The notes: a model not told the origin generated them from the letters alone. DNA of 64,000 nt from Nitrospirota bacterium (GCA_040758355.1 JBFLWF010000001.1:64001-128000); one strand, 5' to 3'; counted from the first letter of the stretch, positions 52,517 through 63,556 are shown. Made by a program: numbers and translations.

Positions 52517-54115
52517 ATGGGATTTCTAAAAAACATGTCAATTAAAAGTCTCTACAAATTTCAACTGGGTAGCATAATACTGCTGATACTCGGTATATGT
52601 CTCATATGGTTTTACACCATGAAGCTTACTGATAGAGTCAATACCGAAAACACCCAACATGCCGGCGTTCAGGTCTTTATGAAAGAAAAATATATAGACC
52701 ACCTTAATTGGCTTCAGGCGCTCAGCGACCATGTTTATCAGGGCAAGAAATTCGATAAGGCCGTTGATCCCACAAAATGCGATTTTGGCAAATGGTATTA
52801 TGCCTATAAACCCACAAAGGATGAAATTGATATATATAAAGCCCTTGAGGAACCTCATAAGAGGCTGCATAAAAGCGGAGAGGATATTCTTGCAACAGAT
52901 GACAGGTCGAAAAAGGCAGAAATATTTACTGCACAGAGCATAGTGATTGTCAAAGAAATCAAGGAACTCTTTAATAAAATGGCTGACCTAAGAAAGAAAA
53001 AGGCTGAGGAAAGTATTCAGCATCTGCATGCGATACAAAACAGGATTAGTATATTTCTCTGGTTAATATTCGGTGCAACGGTAACAGGCAGTGTTTTGTT
53101 ATACAACATGGTTGGAAAGAAGACAATGCTGAATCCTTTATCTGATCTGACAAAGAAAATGGATGATATTGCCGATGGGGATCTCAGGGTAACCATGGAT
53201 TATGACGGCAAAAATGAGATAGGCATACTTACTCAGGACATGAACAAAATGGTTCGATCCTTCAGTGATATGATAAGCAGCATACTTTCGGCAGCCAATG
53301 ATGTGGTATCAATATCAGATGCATTGAGGATTAGTGCGGAGAAAACAGCGGATGGCTCAAAAAAACAGTCCGGGCAGGCGCACCAGATAGCAACAGCAGC
53401 AGAGGAGATGAGCCAGACAATAACCGACATAGCGAGGAATGCATCAGTGGCATCAGAGACATCAGCCGAGGCGATGGATACAGCAGCGAAGGGCAAGGAG
53501 GTAGCAGACGGGGCAGTAGAGACGGTTAACAGGGTTTATACATCCACGGTGGAGCTTGCCACAATGGTTGAAAAACTGAATAACAGGGCATCAGAGATAG
53601 GAGACATAGTGACGGTAATCAAGGACATAGCAGACCAGACAAACCTCCTCGCCTTGAATGCAGCAATCGAGGCTGCAAGGGCAGGAGAGCAGGGCAGGGG
53701 ATTTGCAGTAGTGGCAGATGAGGTGAGAAAGCTTGCAGAACGGACAATAAAGGCCACAACAGAGATTTCAGAAAAGATAGGAGCGGTTCAGGCCGAATCA
53801 ACAGAAACGGCAAAGTCTATGGAAGATGCATCGGGTGAGGTGACAAAGGCAACGGACTACATAAGGCAGGTAGGAGATTCACTGAATCACATAGTTGAGG
53901 CAGTGCAGAAGGTTCGTGATCAGATAACACAGATAGCAACTGCAGTTGAGGAGCAGTCGGCAGCGTCTGAAGAGGTGGCAAAGAGCATAGAGAAGACATC
54001 GGACATATCAAAGGAAATGGAGAAGATGGCAGATAATGTGCTGCACGATGCAAGCGGATTGACAAAAACAGCAGGAGTTCTGAAAAGTTCAACTGCAAGA
54101 TTTAAGATAAAGTGA
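52517..54115 (+). CDS. Methyl-accepting chemotaxis protein with a CZB domain between its TM helices, HAMP and MCP signalling domain
   Basis: DHLNW...CDFGKWY...HKRLH (CZB); [40 protein letters not shown]. Confidence 0.92.
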   Translation: MGFLKNMSIKSLYKFQLGSIILLILGICLIWFYTMKLTDRVNTENTQHAGVQVFMKEKYIDHLNWLQALSDHVYQGKKFDKAVDPTKCDFGKWYYAYKPTKDEIDIYKALEEPHKRLHKSGEDILATDDRSKKAEIFTAQSIVIVKEIKELFNKMADLRKKKAEESIQHLHAIQNRISIFLWLIFGATVTGSVLLYNMVGKKTMLNPLSDLTKKMDDIADGDLRVTMDYDGKNEIGILTQDMNKMVRSFSDMISSILSAANDVVSISDALRISAEKTADGSKKQSGQAHQIATAAEEMSQTITDIARNASVASETSAEAMDTAAKGKEVADGAVETVNRVYTSTVELATMVEKLNNRASEIGDIVTVIKDIADQTNLLALNAAIEAARAGEQGRGFAVVADEVRKLAERTIKATTEISEKIGAVQAESTETAKSMEDASGEVTKATDYIRQVGDSLNHIVEAVQKVRDQITQIATAVEEQSAASEEVAKSIEKTSDISKEMEKMADNVLHDASGLTKTAGVLKSSTARFKIK

Positions 54116-54126
54116 AGAAGTAAGGT

Positions 54127-54678
54127 ATGGACAGGTTTTCCCTCAGCAAAGACAATGCTGCGCTTGTGATCATCGATATTCAGGAGCGGTTGGCAGCAGC
54201 GATGAAGGTAGGGGATGAGGTTATAAAGAATTGCCTCCACCTTATCGAGCTTTCAAAGATGCTGAATATACCTATAGTTGTGACCGAGCAATATCCAAAA
54301 GGGCTCGGACAGACAGTTGCCGAAATAAAAGATGCCCTGCCGTCTTATCAGCCGATAGAAAAACTGACCTTTAGCTGCTGCGAAGAGCCGAATTTCCTGA
54401 ATGAAATAAAAAGGCTCGACAAAAAGACTATTATACTCACAGGTATGGAGACGCATATATGCGTGCTTCAGACATGCATCGGACTTTTAAAGGAAGGCTT
54501 CCATGTCCATCTTGTGAGGGATGTTGTTTGTTCAAGGGCAAAGGAGAACTGGAAGGCAGGGGTAGAATTCATGCGCGATGCAGGCGCTGTGATAACATGC
54601 ACAGAGACGGTTTTATTTCAATTGTTGAAGGTTGCTGGCACAGATGAGTTTAAGGCTATTTCGAAGAGGATTAAGTAG
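54127..54678 (+). CDS. Isochorismatase-family hydrolase
   Basis: IIDIQERL, TEQYPKGLG, KLTFSC and GMETHICVLQT. Confidence 0.9.
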   Translation: MDRFSLSKDNAALVIIDIQERLAAAMKVGDEVIKNCLHLIELSKMLNIPIVVTEQYPKGLGQTVAEIKDALPSYQPIEKLTFSCCEEPNFLNEIKRLDKKTIILTGMETHICVLQTCIGLLKEGFHVHLVRDVVCSRAKENWKAGVEFMRDAGAVITCTETVLFQLLKVAGTDEFKAISKRIK

Positions 54679-54693
54679 AGCTAAAACCCTTAG

Positions 54694-54777
54694 CCCGTAT
54701 TATTCATAAACTTTGTTTGTTATGCTGAAAGACAAAGTATTTCCGCTTTGATTGTCGTAATTTATGAATAATGCGGG
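54694..54777. mobile_element. 84-bp MITE-like element with 17-bp terminal inverted repeats
   Basis: CCCGTATTATTCATAAA ... TTTATGAATAATGCGGG (one mismatch); no coding capacity. Confidence 0.5.
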
Positions 54778-54799
54778 TGTCTACCTTTGCTTGCAAGGC

Positions 54800-54827
54800 A
54801 AAGGCTCCGCAAGGAGCCTTTTTGTTT
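54800..54827 (+). terminator. Intrinsic terminator
   Basis: AAAGGCTCC-GCAA-GGAGCCTTT followed by TTGTTT. Confidence 0.8.
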
Positions 54828-54849
54828 GTGCGAAATTCCATGCTTTTTC

Positions 54850-54878
54850 TTGACATAGTGTCATTATGGCACTATAAT
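54850..54878 (+). promoter_or_regulatory. Consensus sigma70 promoter with a palindromic operator in its spacer
   Basis: TTGACA-N17-TATAAT; ATAGTGTCAT-T-ATGGCACTAT inverted repeat overlaps it. Confidence 0.8.
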
Positions 54879-54888
54879 ATAAAATATT

Positions 54889-56103
54889 ATGACATACATT
54901 GAGCGGGACATTGCAGTTGCAATAACAGAGGCATTGCGTGAAATGTCGGTAGTTGTTGTTACCGGTATGAGGCAGACCGGTAAAAGCACATTTTTGCAAA
55001 ACCAGCCGGAACTGAAAGGCAGACGATATGTTACATTTGACGACTTTGCACAGATTGAGGCAGCCAAAGCCGACCCTGACGGTTTTGTGAACACCGGCGA
55101 GCCGCTTACTATTGATGAGGCTCATAAATGTCCGGAAGTATTGATTGCAATAAAAAAGAGTGTGGATAAAAAGAGGCAGCCGGGTCAGTTTTTATTGTCA
55201 GGCTCTGCAAACTTTGCGCTTCTGAAAGGCATATCCGAAAGTCTTGCCGGGCGTGCCGTGTATTTCACTCTGCACCCGATGTCTCTCAGGGAGATTAATA
55301 AACAAATCTCTAAAGAGCCCTTTCTTTACAGGTTTTTTAAAACACAGCAGATTCCAAAGATTAAAGAGACGCGGCTTGTAAAGGCAGATGATATCCTAAG
55401 CGGAGGAATGCCTTCCGTCTGTCTCGGAGAGGTTAAAAACAGAGGGCTCTGGTTTAAGGGATATGAACAGACATATCTTGAGAGGGATGTCAGAGAGTTA
55501 AGTCAGATTACAAATATTATCTCCTTCAGGCACCTGCTGCATCTATCGGCTTTTAGAACCGGTCAGCTTTTAAGTCCGAGCCAACTCAGTAGAGACGCAA
55601 AGTTGAATGTAGCAACAACATCGAGGCATCTTTCTCTTCTCGAAGCATCTTTCGTCATATATCGTGTAAGTCCATATCTCAGAAGTCGTGTAAGCAGGCT
55701 TATTAAGTCTCCAAAGCTTTATTTAACCGATTCAGGTATTGCATGTTATCTTGCAGGCATCAAGAGCCTTGAGGACGAACCCTTTAAAGGGGCCATGTTT
55801 GAGACCTATGCAGCACAGAATCTTTCGGCAATAATCAATTCACGATGGATCGATGCACAGCTATATTTCTGGAATGTTCAGGGAAGGCATGAAGTCGACT
55901 TCATTGTAGAGTCTGGAAATAAATGCATTGCCGTTGAAGTAAAGGCAGCGGCAAGATGGACGGATAAAGACCTTTCAGGACTCAGGGCATTTCTTTCGTC
56001 AACTCCACACTGCATTGCAGCCGTACTTGCATATAACGGAACTGAATCTGTAAGGCTCGGAGATAAAATATGGGCAATACCTGTCAGCACGGTTCTTTCG
56101 TAA
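54889..56103 (+). CDS. AAA ATPase with DUF4143 domain and C-terminal PD-(D/E)XK-like motif
   Basis: [36 protein letters not shown] and EVDFIVE....IAVEVK. Confidence 0.9.
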   Translation: MTYIERDIAVAITEALREMSVVVVTGMRQTGKSTFLQNQPELKGRRYVTFDDFAQIEAAKADPDGFVNTGEPLTIDEAHKCPEVLIAIKKSVDKKRQPGQFLLSGSANFALLKGISESLAGRAVYFTLHPMSLREINKQISKEPFLYRFFKTQQIPKIKETRLVKADDILSGGMPSVCLGEVKNRGLWFKGYEQTYLERDVRELSQITNIISFRHLLHLSAFRTGQLLSPSQLSRDAKLNVATTSRHLSLLEASFVIYRVSPYLRSRVSRLIKSPKLYLTDSGIACYLAGIKSLEDEPFKGAMFETYAAQNLSAIINSRWIDAQLYFWNVQGRHEVDFIVESGNKCIAVEVKAAARWTDKDLSGLRAFLSSTPHCIAAVLAYNGTESVRLGDKIWAIPVSTVLS

Positions 56104-58126
56104 ACCCCGTTACTCCCAGACCCTTTACCCCCACCTTGAGCATACTCTCTTTTAATCCCTTTATCCTATCCCTTATCTGTGCTGCCCTTTCAAAATCAAG
56201 ATTCTTTGCAGCCTCTTTCATTTCCGATTCGAGTTTTTTAATGGCATCTTCGCTCAATTCGTATTCAGCCCTTTCCTCGGCAGCTACAGGGACTGTAAAG
56301 TAATCGGATTCATAAATTGAACTCAGAATGTCCTTTATCTCACTCTTTACAGTCTCCGGAGTTATTTTCATTTTCTTGTTATATGAAGACTGGATTTTCC
56401 TTCTCCTTTCAGTTTCGTCCAATGCCCTTTTCATGGAGCGTGTTATTGTATCTGCATAGAGGATAACCTCTCCATTTATATTCCTTGCTGCACGGCCTGC
56501 TGTCTGTATTAAAGAGCGCTCGGAGCGGAGAAAGCCTTCCTTGTCAGCATCAAAAATAGCAACGAGAGAGACTTCTGGCAAATCAAGTCCTTCCCTCAAT
56601 AAGTTGACGCCTATCAGCACATCGAATTGTCCGAGCCTCAGGTCCCTCAATATTTCCACCCTTTCAAGCGTGTCTATGTCAGAGTGCAGATACCTTGCCT
56701 TTACACCGAGTTCAGTATAATAGTCTGTCAAATCCTCTGCCATCTTCTTCGTCAATGTTGTAACCAAAACCCTCTCACCTTTTTCTGCCCTTGTCTTTAT
56801 CTCTCCAAGGAGGTCGTCCACCTGTCCCTTTACCGGCCTTACTATCATTTTTGGATCCATCAAGCCTGTCGGTCTTATAACCTGCTCGATAATCCTTTCC
56901 CCTGATTTTTCGATCTCGTATTCCGCAGGTGTTGCAGAAACATAAACCACCTGATTTGTGCGGTGCTCGAACTCTTCGAACTTCAAAGGCCTGTTATCAA
57001 GCGCAGAAGGCAGTCTAAAGCCGTAATCCACAAGGGTCTGCTTTCTTGAGCGGTCACCCTCATACATGCCCCCGATCTGCGGGACTGTGGCATGGGATTC
57101 GTCTATTATCAGGAGATAATCTCCATTGGAAGGCCCGCTTATGAGATAATCAATTAATGTATAAGGAGGCTCTCCGGGCAGCCTTCCGCTCAAATGCCTC
57201 GAATAATTCTCTATGCCGTGGCAATAGCCGAATTCCTTTAGCATTTCCAGATCGAATCTTGTCCTCTGTTCGATCCTCTGGGCATAGAGCAATTCGGCCT
57301 TATTCCTGAAATACCGCATCCTATCTTCGAGCTCTTTTTCTATGCCTTTAAATGCCCTTTCGAGCTTCGGCCTCGGAGTAATCCAGTGGCTGTTTGGATA
57401 AATGGCAAGCCTCTGGAGTCTCTTAATCCTCTCGCCTGTCAGCGGGTCGAATTCGTGAATCGCATCTATGTCGTCGCCAAAGAACTCCAATCTTATGGCC
57501 ATATCGCGGGAGAACGCAGGATATATCTCTACGATATCGCCTCTTACCCTGAAGCTCCCTCTCTTGAACTCCGTATCAGAGCGGATATAGAGCATCTCAA
57601 CCAATCTTTTCAAAAGCTCATCCCTCTTTGTCCTCATTCCTTCTTCGATAAAGAGATGCATCCCCAGGTAATCCTCTGGAGAGCCTATTCCGTAGATGCA
57701 TGAAACAGATGCCACAATAATTACATCTCTCCTTTCGAGGATGGACATGGTTGCAGAATGCCTTAACCTGTCGATGTCGTCATTTATTAGGGCATCTTTT
57801 TCTATGTATGTATCTGTTGTTGGTATATACGCCTCTGGCTGGTAGTAATCATAATAACTGACAAAGAACTCCACTGCGTTTTCAGGAAACAGCTCTCTAA
57901 ATTCGCCGTAAAGCTGTGCAGCAAGTGCCTTGTTGTGAGCTATAACAAGGGCGGGTTTGTTCACATTGGCAATGACATTTGCCACTGTAAATGTCTTGCC
58001 GGAGCCTGTGACACCCAGGAGAACCTGATGCTTAAGCCCTTTTATTACACCTTCGGTAAGATGCTCTATTGCCTTTGGCTGGTCGCCTTTTGGAGAAAAA
58101 CCTGTTTTTAATTTAAATTCATGCAT
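56084..58126 (-). CDS. uvrB: Excinuclease ABC subunit B
   Basis: [29 protein letters not shown] and C-terminal FERAAQIRD. Confidence 0.98.
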   Translation of the reverse strand: MHEFKLKTGFSPKGDQPKAIEHLTEGVIKGLKHQVLLGVTGSGKTFTVANVIANVNKPALVIAHNKALAAQLYGEFRELFPENAVEFFVSYYDYYQPEAYIPTTDTYIEKDALINDDIDRLRHSATMSILERRDVIIVASVSCIYGIGSPEDYLGMHLFIEEGMRTKRDELLKRLVEMLYIRSDTEFKRGSFRVRGDIVEIYPAFSRDMAIRLEFFGDDIDAIHEFDPLTGERIKRLQRLAIYPNSHWITPRPKLERAFKGIEKELEDRMRYFRNKAELLYAQRIEQRTRFDLEMLKEFGYCHGIENYSRHLSGRLPGEPPYTLIDYLISGPSNGDYLLIIDESHATVPQIGGMYEGDRSRKQTLVDYGFRLPSALDNRPLKFEEFEHRTNQVVYVSATPAEYEIEKSGERIIEQVIRPTGLMDPKMIVRPVKGQVDDLLGEIKTRAEKGERVLVTTLTKKMAEDLTDYYTELGVKARYLHSDIDTLERVEILRDLRLGQFDVLIGVNLLREGLDLPEVSLVAIFDADKEGFLRSERSLIQTAGRAARNINGEVILYADTITRSMKRALDETERRRKIQSSYNKKMKITPETVKSEIKDILSSIYESDYFTVPVAAEERAEYELSEDAIKKLESEMKEAAKNLDFERAAQIRDRIKGLKESMLKVGVKGLGVTGFTKEPC

Positions 58127-58173
58127 GGTTTTATGTTAAAATAATTTCACATAAAAGGTAAAAGAGGAACATT

Positions 58174-59601
58174 TTGGATAGAAATATCCGTTCACAGTCA
58201 GCCTTTCACGACATCCATGAAGAATGCGGCATCTTTGGTGTGTATGGCCATCCAGAGGCAGCCAATCTCGCCTATTTGGGACTTTATGCACTCCAGCACC
58301 GCGGACAGGAAGGTGCAGGCATATGCTCTGCTGACGGCACCCAGCTTTATTTAGAAAAATCCATAGGCCTTGTTGCGGATATATTCACAGAAAAAAGGAT
58401 AAAGCGCCTTCCGGGAAACCTGGCAATAGGACATAACAGGTATTCCACAGCAGGAGGCGGCGGTCTGAAGAATGTCCAGCCCCTTGTTGCAAATTACGCG
58501 CTCGGTACCATTGCAGTGGCCCACAACGGCAACCTCATTAATGCAGAGCAGTTGAAGGATGAACTGGAAGCAGAGGGCGCCATATTCCAATCCACCTCAG
58601 ACAGCGAAGTGATCCTCCATCTTATTGCAAGGTCAAGGAACGACAACCCACATGAACGCATAGCAGAGGCGCTCAGGAGTGTTACCGGCGCCTTCAGCCT
58701 TCTTTTTCTGAGGGAATCGGAACTTATAGCCGTAAGAGACCCAATGGGTGTGAGACCACTTTCAATTGGACAGGTTGACGGCGCGTACGTTGTTGCTTCA
58801 GAGACCTGCGCATTTGACCTCATAGGCGCTGAATACATCAGGGATGTTGAGCCGGGCGAGATGGTGATTATAAATCACAACGGCCTGCAATCCATAAGGG
58901 CATTGCAGAGTTTCAGAAAGGCATTCTGCGTATTCGAGTTCATATATTTTGCACGTCCAGACAGCCACATTTTCAACCATATATGCGTCAACACAATGAG
59001 AAAGGAATTCGGAAGACAGCTCTCAAGGGAATCGCTTGTAGATGCCGATATAGTTATACCTGTCCCCGATTCAGGAGTCCCTGCTGCCATTGGTTTTGCA
59101 GAGGAAGGAAAACTGCCATTTGACTTTGGATTAATAAGAAACCATTACATAGGCAGGACATTTATAGAGCCGAAGCAGAGCATAAGGCATTTTGGAGTAA
59201 AGATAAAACTCAATCCTGTAAGGGATCTCCTGAGGGGCAAGAGGGTTATTGTTGTGGATGATTCAATAGTAAGGGGCACTACGAGCAAAAAGATCGTGAA
59301 GATGATAAGGGAAGTGGGCGGCGCAAAAGAGGTTCATATGAGGATATGCTCTCCTCCCACGGTTGGGCCATGTTTTTACGGAATAGACACGCCCACAAGG
59401 CAGGAGCTCATCGCATCGAGCCACATGACCGAAGAGATAAGGAAATACATAACTGCAGATACCCTCTCATATCTGAGCATCGAGGGATTAAAGAGCATCG
59501 TTCCTAATCCCGAAAATTACTGCACTGCATGCTTTGACAATAACTATCCTATCCAGTTCCCAGGAGAGAGATTGGAGCAGATGGAACTGACATTTGCATA
59601 A
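58174..59601 (+). CDS. purF: Amidophosphoribosyltransferase
   Basis: [32 protein letters not shown] and CTACF; TTG start. Confidence 0.97.
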   Translation: MDRNIRSQSAFHDIHEECGIFGVYGHPEAANLAYLGLYALQHRGQEGAGICSADGTQLYLEKSIGLVADIFTEKRIKRLPGNLAIGHNRYSTAGGGGLKNVQPLVANYALGTIAVAHNGNLINAEQLKDELEAEGAIFQSTSDSEVILHLIARSRNDNPHERIAEALRSVTGAFSLLFLRESELIAVRDPMGVRPLSIGQVDGAYVVASETCAFDLIGAEYIRDVEPGEMVIINHNGLQSIRALQSFRKAFCVFEFIYFARPDSHIFNHICVNTMRKEFGRQLSRESLVDADIVIPVPDSGVPAAIGFAEEGKLPFDFGLIRNHYIGRTFIEPKQSIRHFGVKIKLNPVRDLLRGKRVIVVDDSIVRGTTSKKIVKMIREVGGAKEVHMRICSPPTVGPCFYGIDTPTRQELIASSHMTEEIRKYITADTLSYLSIEGLKSIVPNPENYCTACFDNNYPIQFPGERLEQMELTFA

Positions 59602-61205
59602 TGACCATCAGGTCAAAGATATGGCTGCTTAGCATCATCCCCATCCTGGCGCTCCTGTATTTCATCTCCGTAGAAATCGGCGAGGCCATAAAAACCGAAA
59701 ACGGTCTGAAAGAGGTATATGACAGAATCCTCGAGGCCGAAAAGTTTTCGGACATAATCCATGAACTTCAAAAAGAGCGCGGTTTAAGCTCGGGGTTTCT
59801 GACGAGCAAAGGCAAAAAATTCAGGGATGACCTCTTAGTCCAGAGGGCAGAAACCGACAGAAAGATAAAAGATCTGTATTTTCTCGTAAGAGAGACCGGA
59901 TCAGGCTCGAAGGTGATGTCTCTGCGCAGCGAGCTTGACCTCAAGCGAAACCGGATAAGCTCCCTCGGCATTAACGCACTTGAAGCACAGGAATACTACA
60001 CCGGTACTATTGCAGCACTAATCAATGAGGTATCAAAAATCGCACTGATGGCGAAGACGTCGGAGACAAAGAACGCCATCATGCTTCATTCATATCTCTT
60101 GTATGCCAAGGAATTTTTAGGCCAGATAAGGGCAACGCTGAATGCAGTATTCGCTGCCGGACAATTTGATGGTTTCAGCATGAGGAAACTTGCTTCTATT
60201 AAGGGAGCCCATGATACAAACACTGAACGGTTTTTGCAGGATGCGCCGCCGGATGTAAAACGATTTTATACAGACAAATTTCAAAGCAGCAATGTTCAGG
60301 CTACAATGGATATGATTGATATCGCCTTTGCGAAATTTAAGACCGGAAGCTTCGGCATCGACCCCGGTGTGTGGTTTAAATCAGCAACTGCTTCGATTAA
60401 CGCACTAAAAGAGGTCGAGGATTATTGCATGGGACAGATAAAGAAGAACACCGCACAGCATATACGAGAGACAAGACAATACATCTATGCACAGGTTGTT
60501 ATGCTGGGTGCCATACTCATATCTGTTATAACTACGGCTATGGTTATCGGAAAGACGATCATTGACAGATTGCATGCACTCCTGTCATCCATAACCAATA
60601 CAATGAATACCGGAGATTTTGCCCAGTACCATGCCATGAGCTCAAAGGATGAGATAGGCATTGTCTCAAAGGCATTTAACGACCTCTTAAAAACAACCAA
60701 TCAATTGATTATCGAAAAAGAGCAGCTCGCCGAGACCGACCCTTTAACAAAAATCTACAATAGATTAAAATTTGATAATATATTTACATCGGAAATAATG
60801 AAGGTGCAGAGATATGGAACGCCTCTGTCTCTGATCATGTTTGATATAGACGATTTTAAACAGATCAACGATACTTACGGACACAATGTTGGAGACAATG
60901 TCCTGATAGAGATAACAAAGATCGTGTCCAATAATATAAGGACTACCGATATATTTGCCCGATGGGGCGGTGAGGAGTTTGTGATACTGACTCCCAATAC
61001 AGACATGGAGCACGCAAGGGAACTATCGGAGAGGTTAAGGGCAGCAATTGAAGATTCTATTTTTAAGAAAGCGTTTACTGTTACATGCAGCTTTGGGGTA
61101 GCAGAATTCAGGGAAGACGACACTACCGATACATTGAGCAAAAGGGCGGATGACGCCCTGTATGAAGCAAAAAAGAGCGGGAAAAACAGGGTGTGCATAG
61201 GATAA
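59601..61205 (+). CDS. Membrane diguanylate cyclase with NIT (nitrate/nitrite-sensing) and HAMP domains
   Basis: Two TMs flanking IHELQKERGLS (NIT-like); DEIG HAMP; DIDDFK..ND..GH..GD, RTTD I-site and GGEEF. Confidence 0.85.
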   Translation: MTIRSKIWLLSIIPILALLYFISVEIGEAIKTENGLKEVYDRILEAEKFSDIIHELQKERGLSSGFLTSKGKKFRDDLLVQRAETDRKIKDLYFLVRETGSGSKVMSLRSELDLKRNRISSLGINALEAQEYYTGTIAALINEVSKIALMAKTSETKNAIMLHSYLLYAKEFLGQIRATLNAVFAAGQFDGFSMRKLASIKGAHDTNTERFLQDAPPDVKRFYTDKFQSSNVQATMDMIDIAFAKFKTGSFGIDPGVWFKSATASINALKEVEDYCMGQIKKNTAQHIRETRQYIYAQVVMLGAILISVITTAMVIGKTIIDRLHALLSSITNTMNTGDFAQYHAMSSKDEIGIVSKAFNDLLKTTNQLIIEKEQLAETDPLTKIYNRLKFDNIFTSEIMKVQRYGTPLSLIMFDIDDFKQINDTYGHNVGDNVLIEITKIVSNNIRTTDIFARWGGEEFVILTPNTDMEHARELSERLRAAIEDSIFKKAFTVTCSFGVAEFREDDTTDTLSKRADDALYEAKKSGKNRVCIG

Positions 61206-61209
61206 GTTC

Positions 61210-62340
61210 ATGATTACAAGGACCATTCAGGCAATATACAAAATCAATATAGGCATTAAAAGAAATGAAAGTGTCCTGGTCTTTACAGATAGAATCTCGC
61301 CTTCGGAAATCCTACACGAAAATGACCTCTGCAGACGTGAAAGACTGAGGGATATAGCGTTATTGACAGCGGAGATCGGAAAGGCATTCACGAAAAAGAT
61401 TGCTTATCATGAATATGCTGCCACAGGAAGCCATGGTGCAGAGCCTCCTGAGGAATTGTGGAGCATGGCCTTTGGACAAAGGGCTGTAAGCGAGCTCAAA
61501 AGACACAGGCTTTTAGCCCAGCTTATAAAAAAAGAGATTACAGATGACGGAATAAAAAAGGCAGAAGCCATTGTTTCGAAAAACAAGAGATCTGCTGTAA
61601 ATGCAGTAATCGCCCTTTCCAATTATTCTACGAGTCATACGAGATTCAGGGATATTTTAACGCGTGTATGCGGGTGCCGCTATGCGAGCATGCCCATATT
61701 CGAATTCTCGATGCTCGAAAGCTCCATGGATGTCGATTGGAAGAGATTGTCAAAGAGGACAAAAGCTATAGCGAAAGTCGTTAACACTACAGAAGCCATA
61801 GAAATAAAAACCCCAAACGGCACCCACATTACCCTGTCAAAAAAAGACAGGCAGGCGTTATCTGATGACGGTATACTTACAAAACCGGGGTCATTCGGCA
61901 ATCTTCCTGCCGGTGAAGTTTTTCTTGCGCCTGTTGAAGGCAGTGCAGAAGGGAAACTTGTTCTTGAATGGGCGCCAACAAGGGAACTGAAATCTCCCAT
62001 AACTTTAATCATCGAGGAAGGCATTGTAAGAGAGATAATCGGAGATGAGCCTTATGCTGATTACCTCAGGGAAAAGCTCAATGAGAGGAATGAAAACAGG
62101 AATATTGCAGAGCTTGGAATAGGAACAAACGACAGGGCAAAAAGGCCTGACAATATCCTCGAATCAGAGAAGATTTTAGGGACAATACACATTGCCCTCG
62201 GTGATAACAGCTCATTCGGAGGAAGGGTAAAGACGCCCTTTCATCAGGATTTTGTGTTCTTCAAACCGACGGTAATATTAAAAACAAAAGATAACAAATG
62301 CGTTTATCTGCTCAAAGACGGTATTTTAGTGCTAAAATAG
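61210..62340 (+). CDS. M29-like (thermophilic metalloprotease) aminopeptidase
   Basis: GNLPAGEVFLAP, AELGIGTN, ESEKILGTIHIALG and HQD. Confidence 0.85.
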   Translation: MITRTIQAIYKINIGIKRNESVLVFTDRISPSEILHENDLCRRERLRDIALLTAEIGKAFTKKIAYHEYAATGSHGAEPPEELWSMAFGQRAVSELKRHRLLAQLIKKEITDDGIKKAEAIVSKNKRSAVNAVIALSNYSTSHTRFRDILTRVCGCRYASMPIFEFSMLESSMDVDWKRLSKRTKAIAKVVNTTEAIEIKTPNGTHITLSKKDRQALSDDGILTKPGSFGNLPAGEVFLAPVEGSAEGKLVLEWAPTRELKSPITLIIEEGIVREIIGDEPYADYLREKLNERNENRNIAELGIGTNDRAKRPDNILESEKILGTIHIALGDNSSFGGRVKTPFHQDFVFFKPTVILKTKDNKCVYLLKDGILVLK

Positions 62341-62344
62341 AACC

Positions 62345-62582
62345 AATACCAAATCCGGCGATAAGGATGGGTCTCTGAAGTGAATAGCGATGTTTTGGCA
62401 ACAGTTCTTTGCGACTGGAGCGTCAGGCAATGGCATAATCTTGGAGCGACCATACCATTGCCTGACAGACGCAAGTGTCTGAGCGAAGCGAGTTTTGCGG
62501 CTGTAGCGAAAGGAGCATTAGAACTGTCAAAACAGAGCTCCTGAACGAAAGAGACTTATCCTTATCGCCGGATCACAGCAAT
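62345..62582 (+). repeat. ~220-bp structured dispersed element, copy 2
   Basis: 24-bp terminal stem ATCCGGCGATAAGGATGGGTCTCT (from 62353) / AGAGACTTATCCTTATCGCCGGAT (to 62573); inner perfect 12-bp stem 62422-62433/62455-62466. Confidence 0.92.
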
Positions 62583-62584
62583 AA

Positions 62585-62923
62585 ATGCTTATTACCAGAA
62601 AGAGAATTGTCCTGACAATCGGGATAGGATGCATCCTCTGGAGCTATTACCATCTCTTTGCAATAAGGGCCGAGGAATCGTTTGTGGGTAAACAGATAAC
62701 AGCCTTAACCGCAAGTGGAGAGGTTAAAGGAAAGGCCATTAGTGTCAAAACCAATTCTGTAATTTTATCGGAGAACAAAAAAATTATAGAGGTTCCGCTG
62801 CACAGTGTGATTAAAGTGGGTGATCTGAGGGTTGACGAGCATGAGACCAAGAGGGTTCTGCTTGCAGTGAGCATCTCTGTGTCAGGCGGTATAATGATAT
62901 GGATTGCCTTATTTTTCTTATAA
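62585..62923 (+). CDS. Hypothetical membrane protein (two TMs flanking a small beta domain)
   Basis: 112-aa ORF with hydrophobic ends, co-directional with cutA. Confidence 0.6.
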   Translation: MLITRKRIVLTIGIGCILWSYYHLFAIRAEESFVGKQITALTASGEVKGKAISVKTNSVILSENKKIIEVPLHSVIKVGDLRVDEHETKRVLLAVSISVSGGIMIWIALFFL

Positions 62924-62933
62924 AGGAGGGCCT

Positions 62934-63248
62934 ATGGAGACGATTGTTGTTTATATAACCGCACCAAATGAGGATGAGGCAGCAAGGATTGCAAAGGCTA
63001 TTGTTGAGGAAAGGCTTGCAGGATGTGCGAATATAGTTAAAGGTATCCGTTCCATATATAGCTGGCAGGGAAAGATCGAGGATGATGCTGAGGTCTTGAT
63101 GATTGTCAAAACTCAGAGGCATTTATTTGAGCCATTGAAGAGACGTGTGAAGGAACTGCACAGCTACACGGTGCCTGAGATAATTGCCTTGCCAATAATT
63201 GAAGGCTCGGAGGATTATCTCAACTGGCTGAAGGAAGTAACGGAGTGA
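62934..63248 (+). CDS. cutA: Divalent-cation tolerance protein CutA
   Basis: LAGCANI...SIYSWQGKIE...HSYTVPEII; AAGGAGG RBS before the ATG at 62934. Confidence 0.95.
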   Translation: METIVVYITAPNEDEAARIAKAIVEERLAGCANIVKGIRSIYSWQGKIEDDAEVLMIVKTQRHLFEPLKRRVKELHSYTVPEIIALPIIEGSEDYLNWLKEVTE

Positions 63249-63556
63249 AAGATAAGATTTATACAGACATAATCTGCAAGGGATTCTGCAAGTACTACAA
63301 AGAAGGCAAGGAAGAGCTTCACTGCGGGGGATATGAAATTCTGAGAAATAACCTTACGCCTTATGAATTAAAGATGCTTGTCCGATCATTGAAATGCGGA
63401 GATGAGATTAAAAACCGTATTCCTGCAAAAAATGAAAAATTGATAAACCTCGTTTGCGCAAAATGCGATTTCTTTATAGACGAATGCGATTATACAGACA
63501 ACCGCTCAGGTCCGCCATGCGGCGGGTATATAATTATCAACCTACTATGCGGTTGA
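63245..63556 (+). CDS. Cysteine-rich hypothetical protein with an internal duplication
   Basis: CKGFCKYY...CGGY and CAKCDFF...CGGY; GTGA overlap with cutA. Confidence 0.65.
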   Translation: MKDKIYTDIICKGFCKYYKEGKEELHCGGYEILRNNLTPYELKMLVRSLKCGDEIKNRIPAKNEKLINLVCAKCDFFIDECDYTDNRSGPPCGGYIIINLLCG

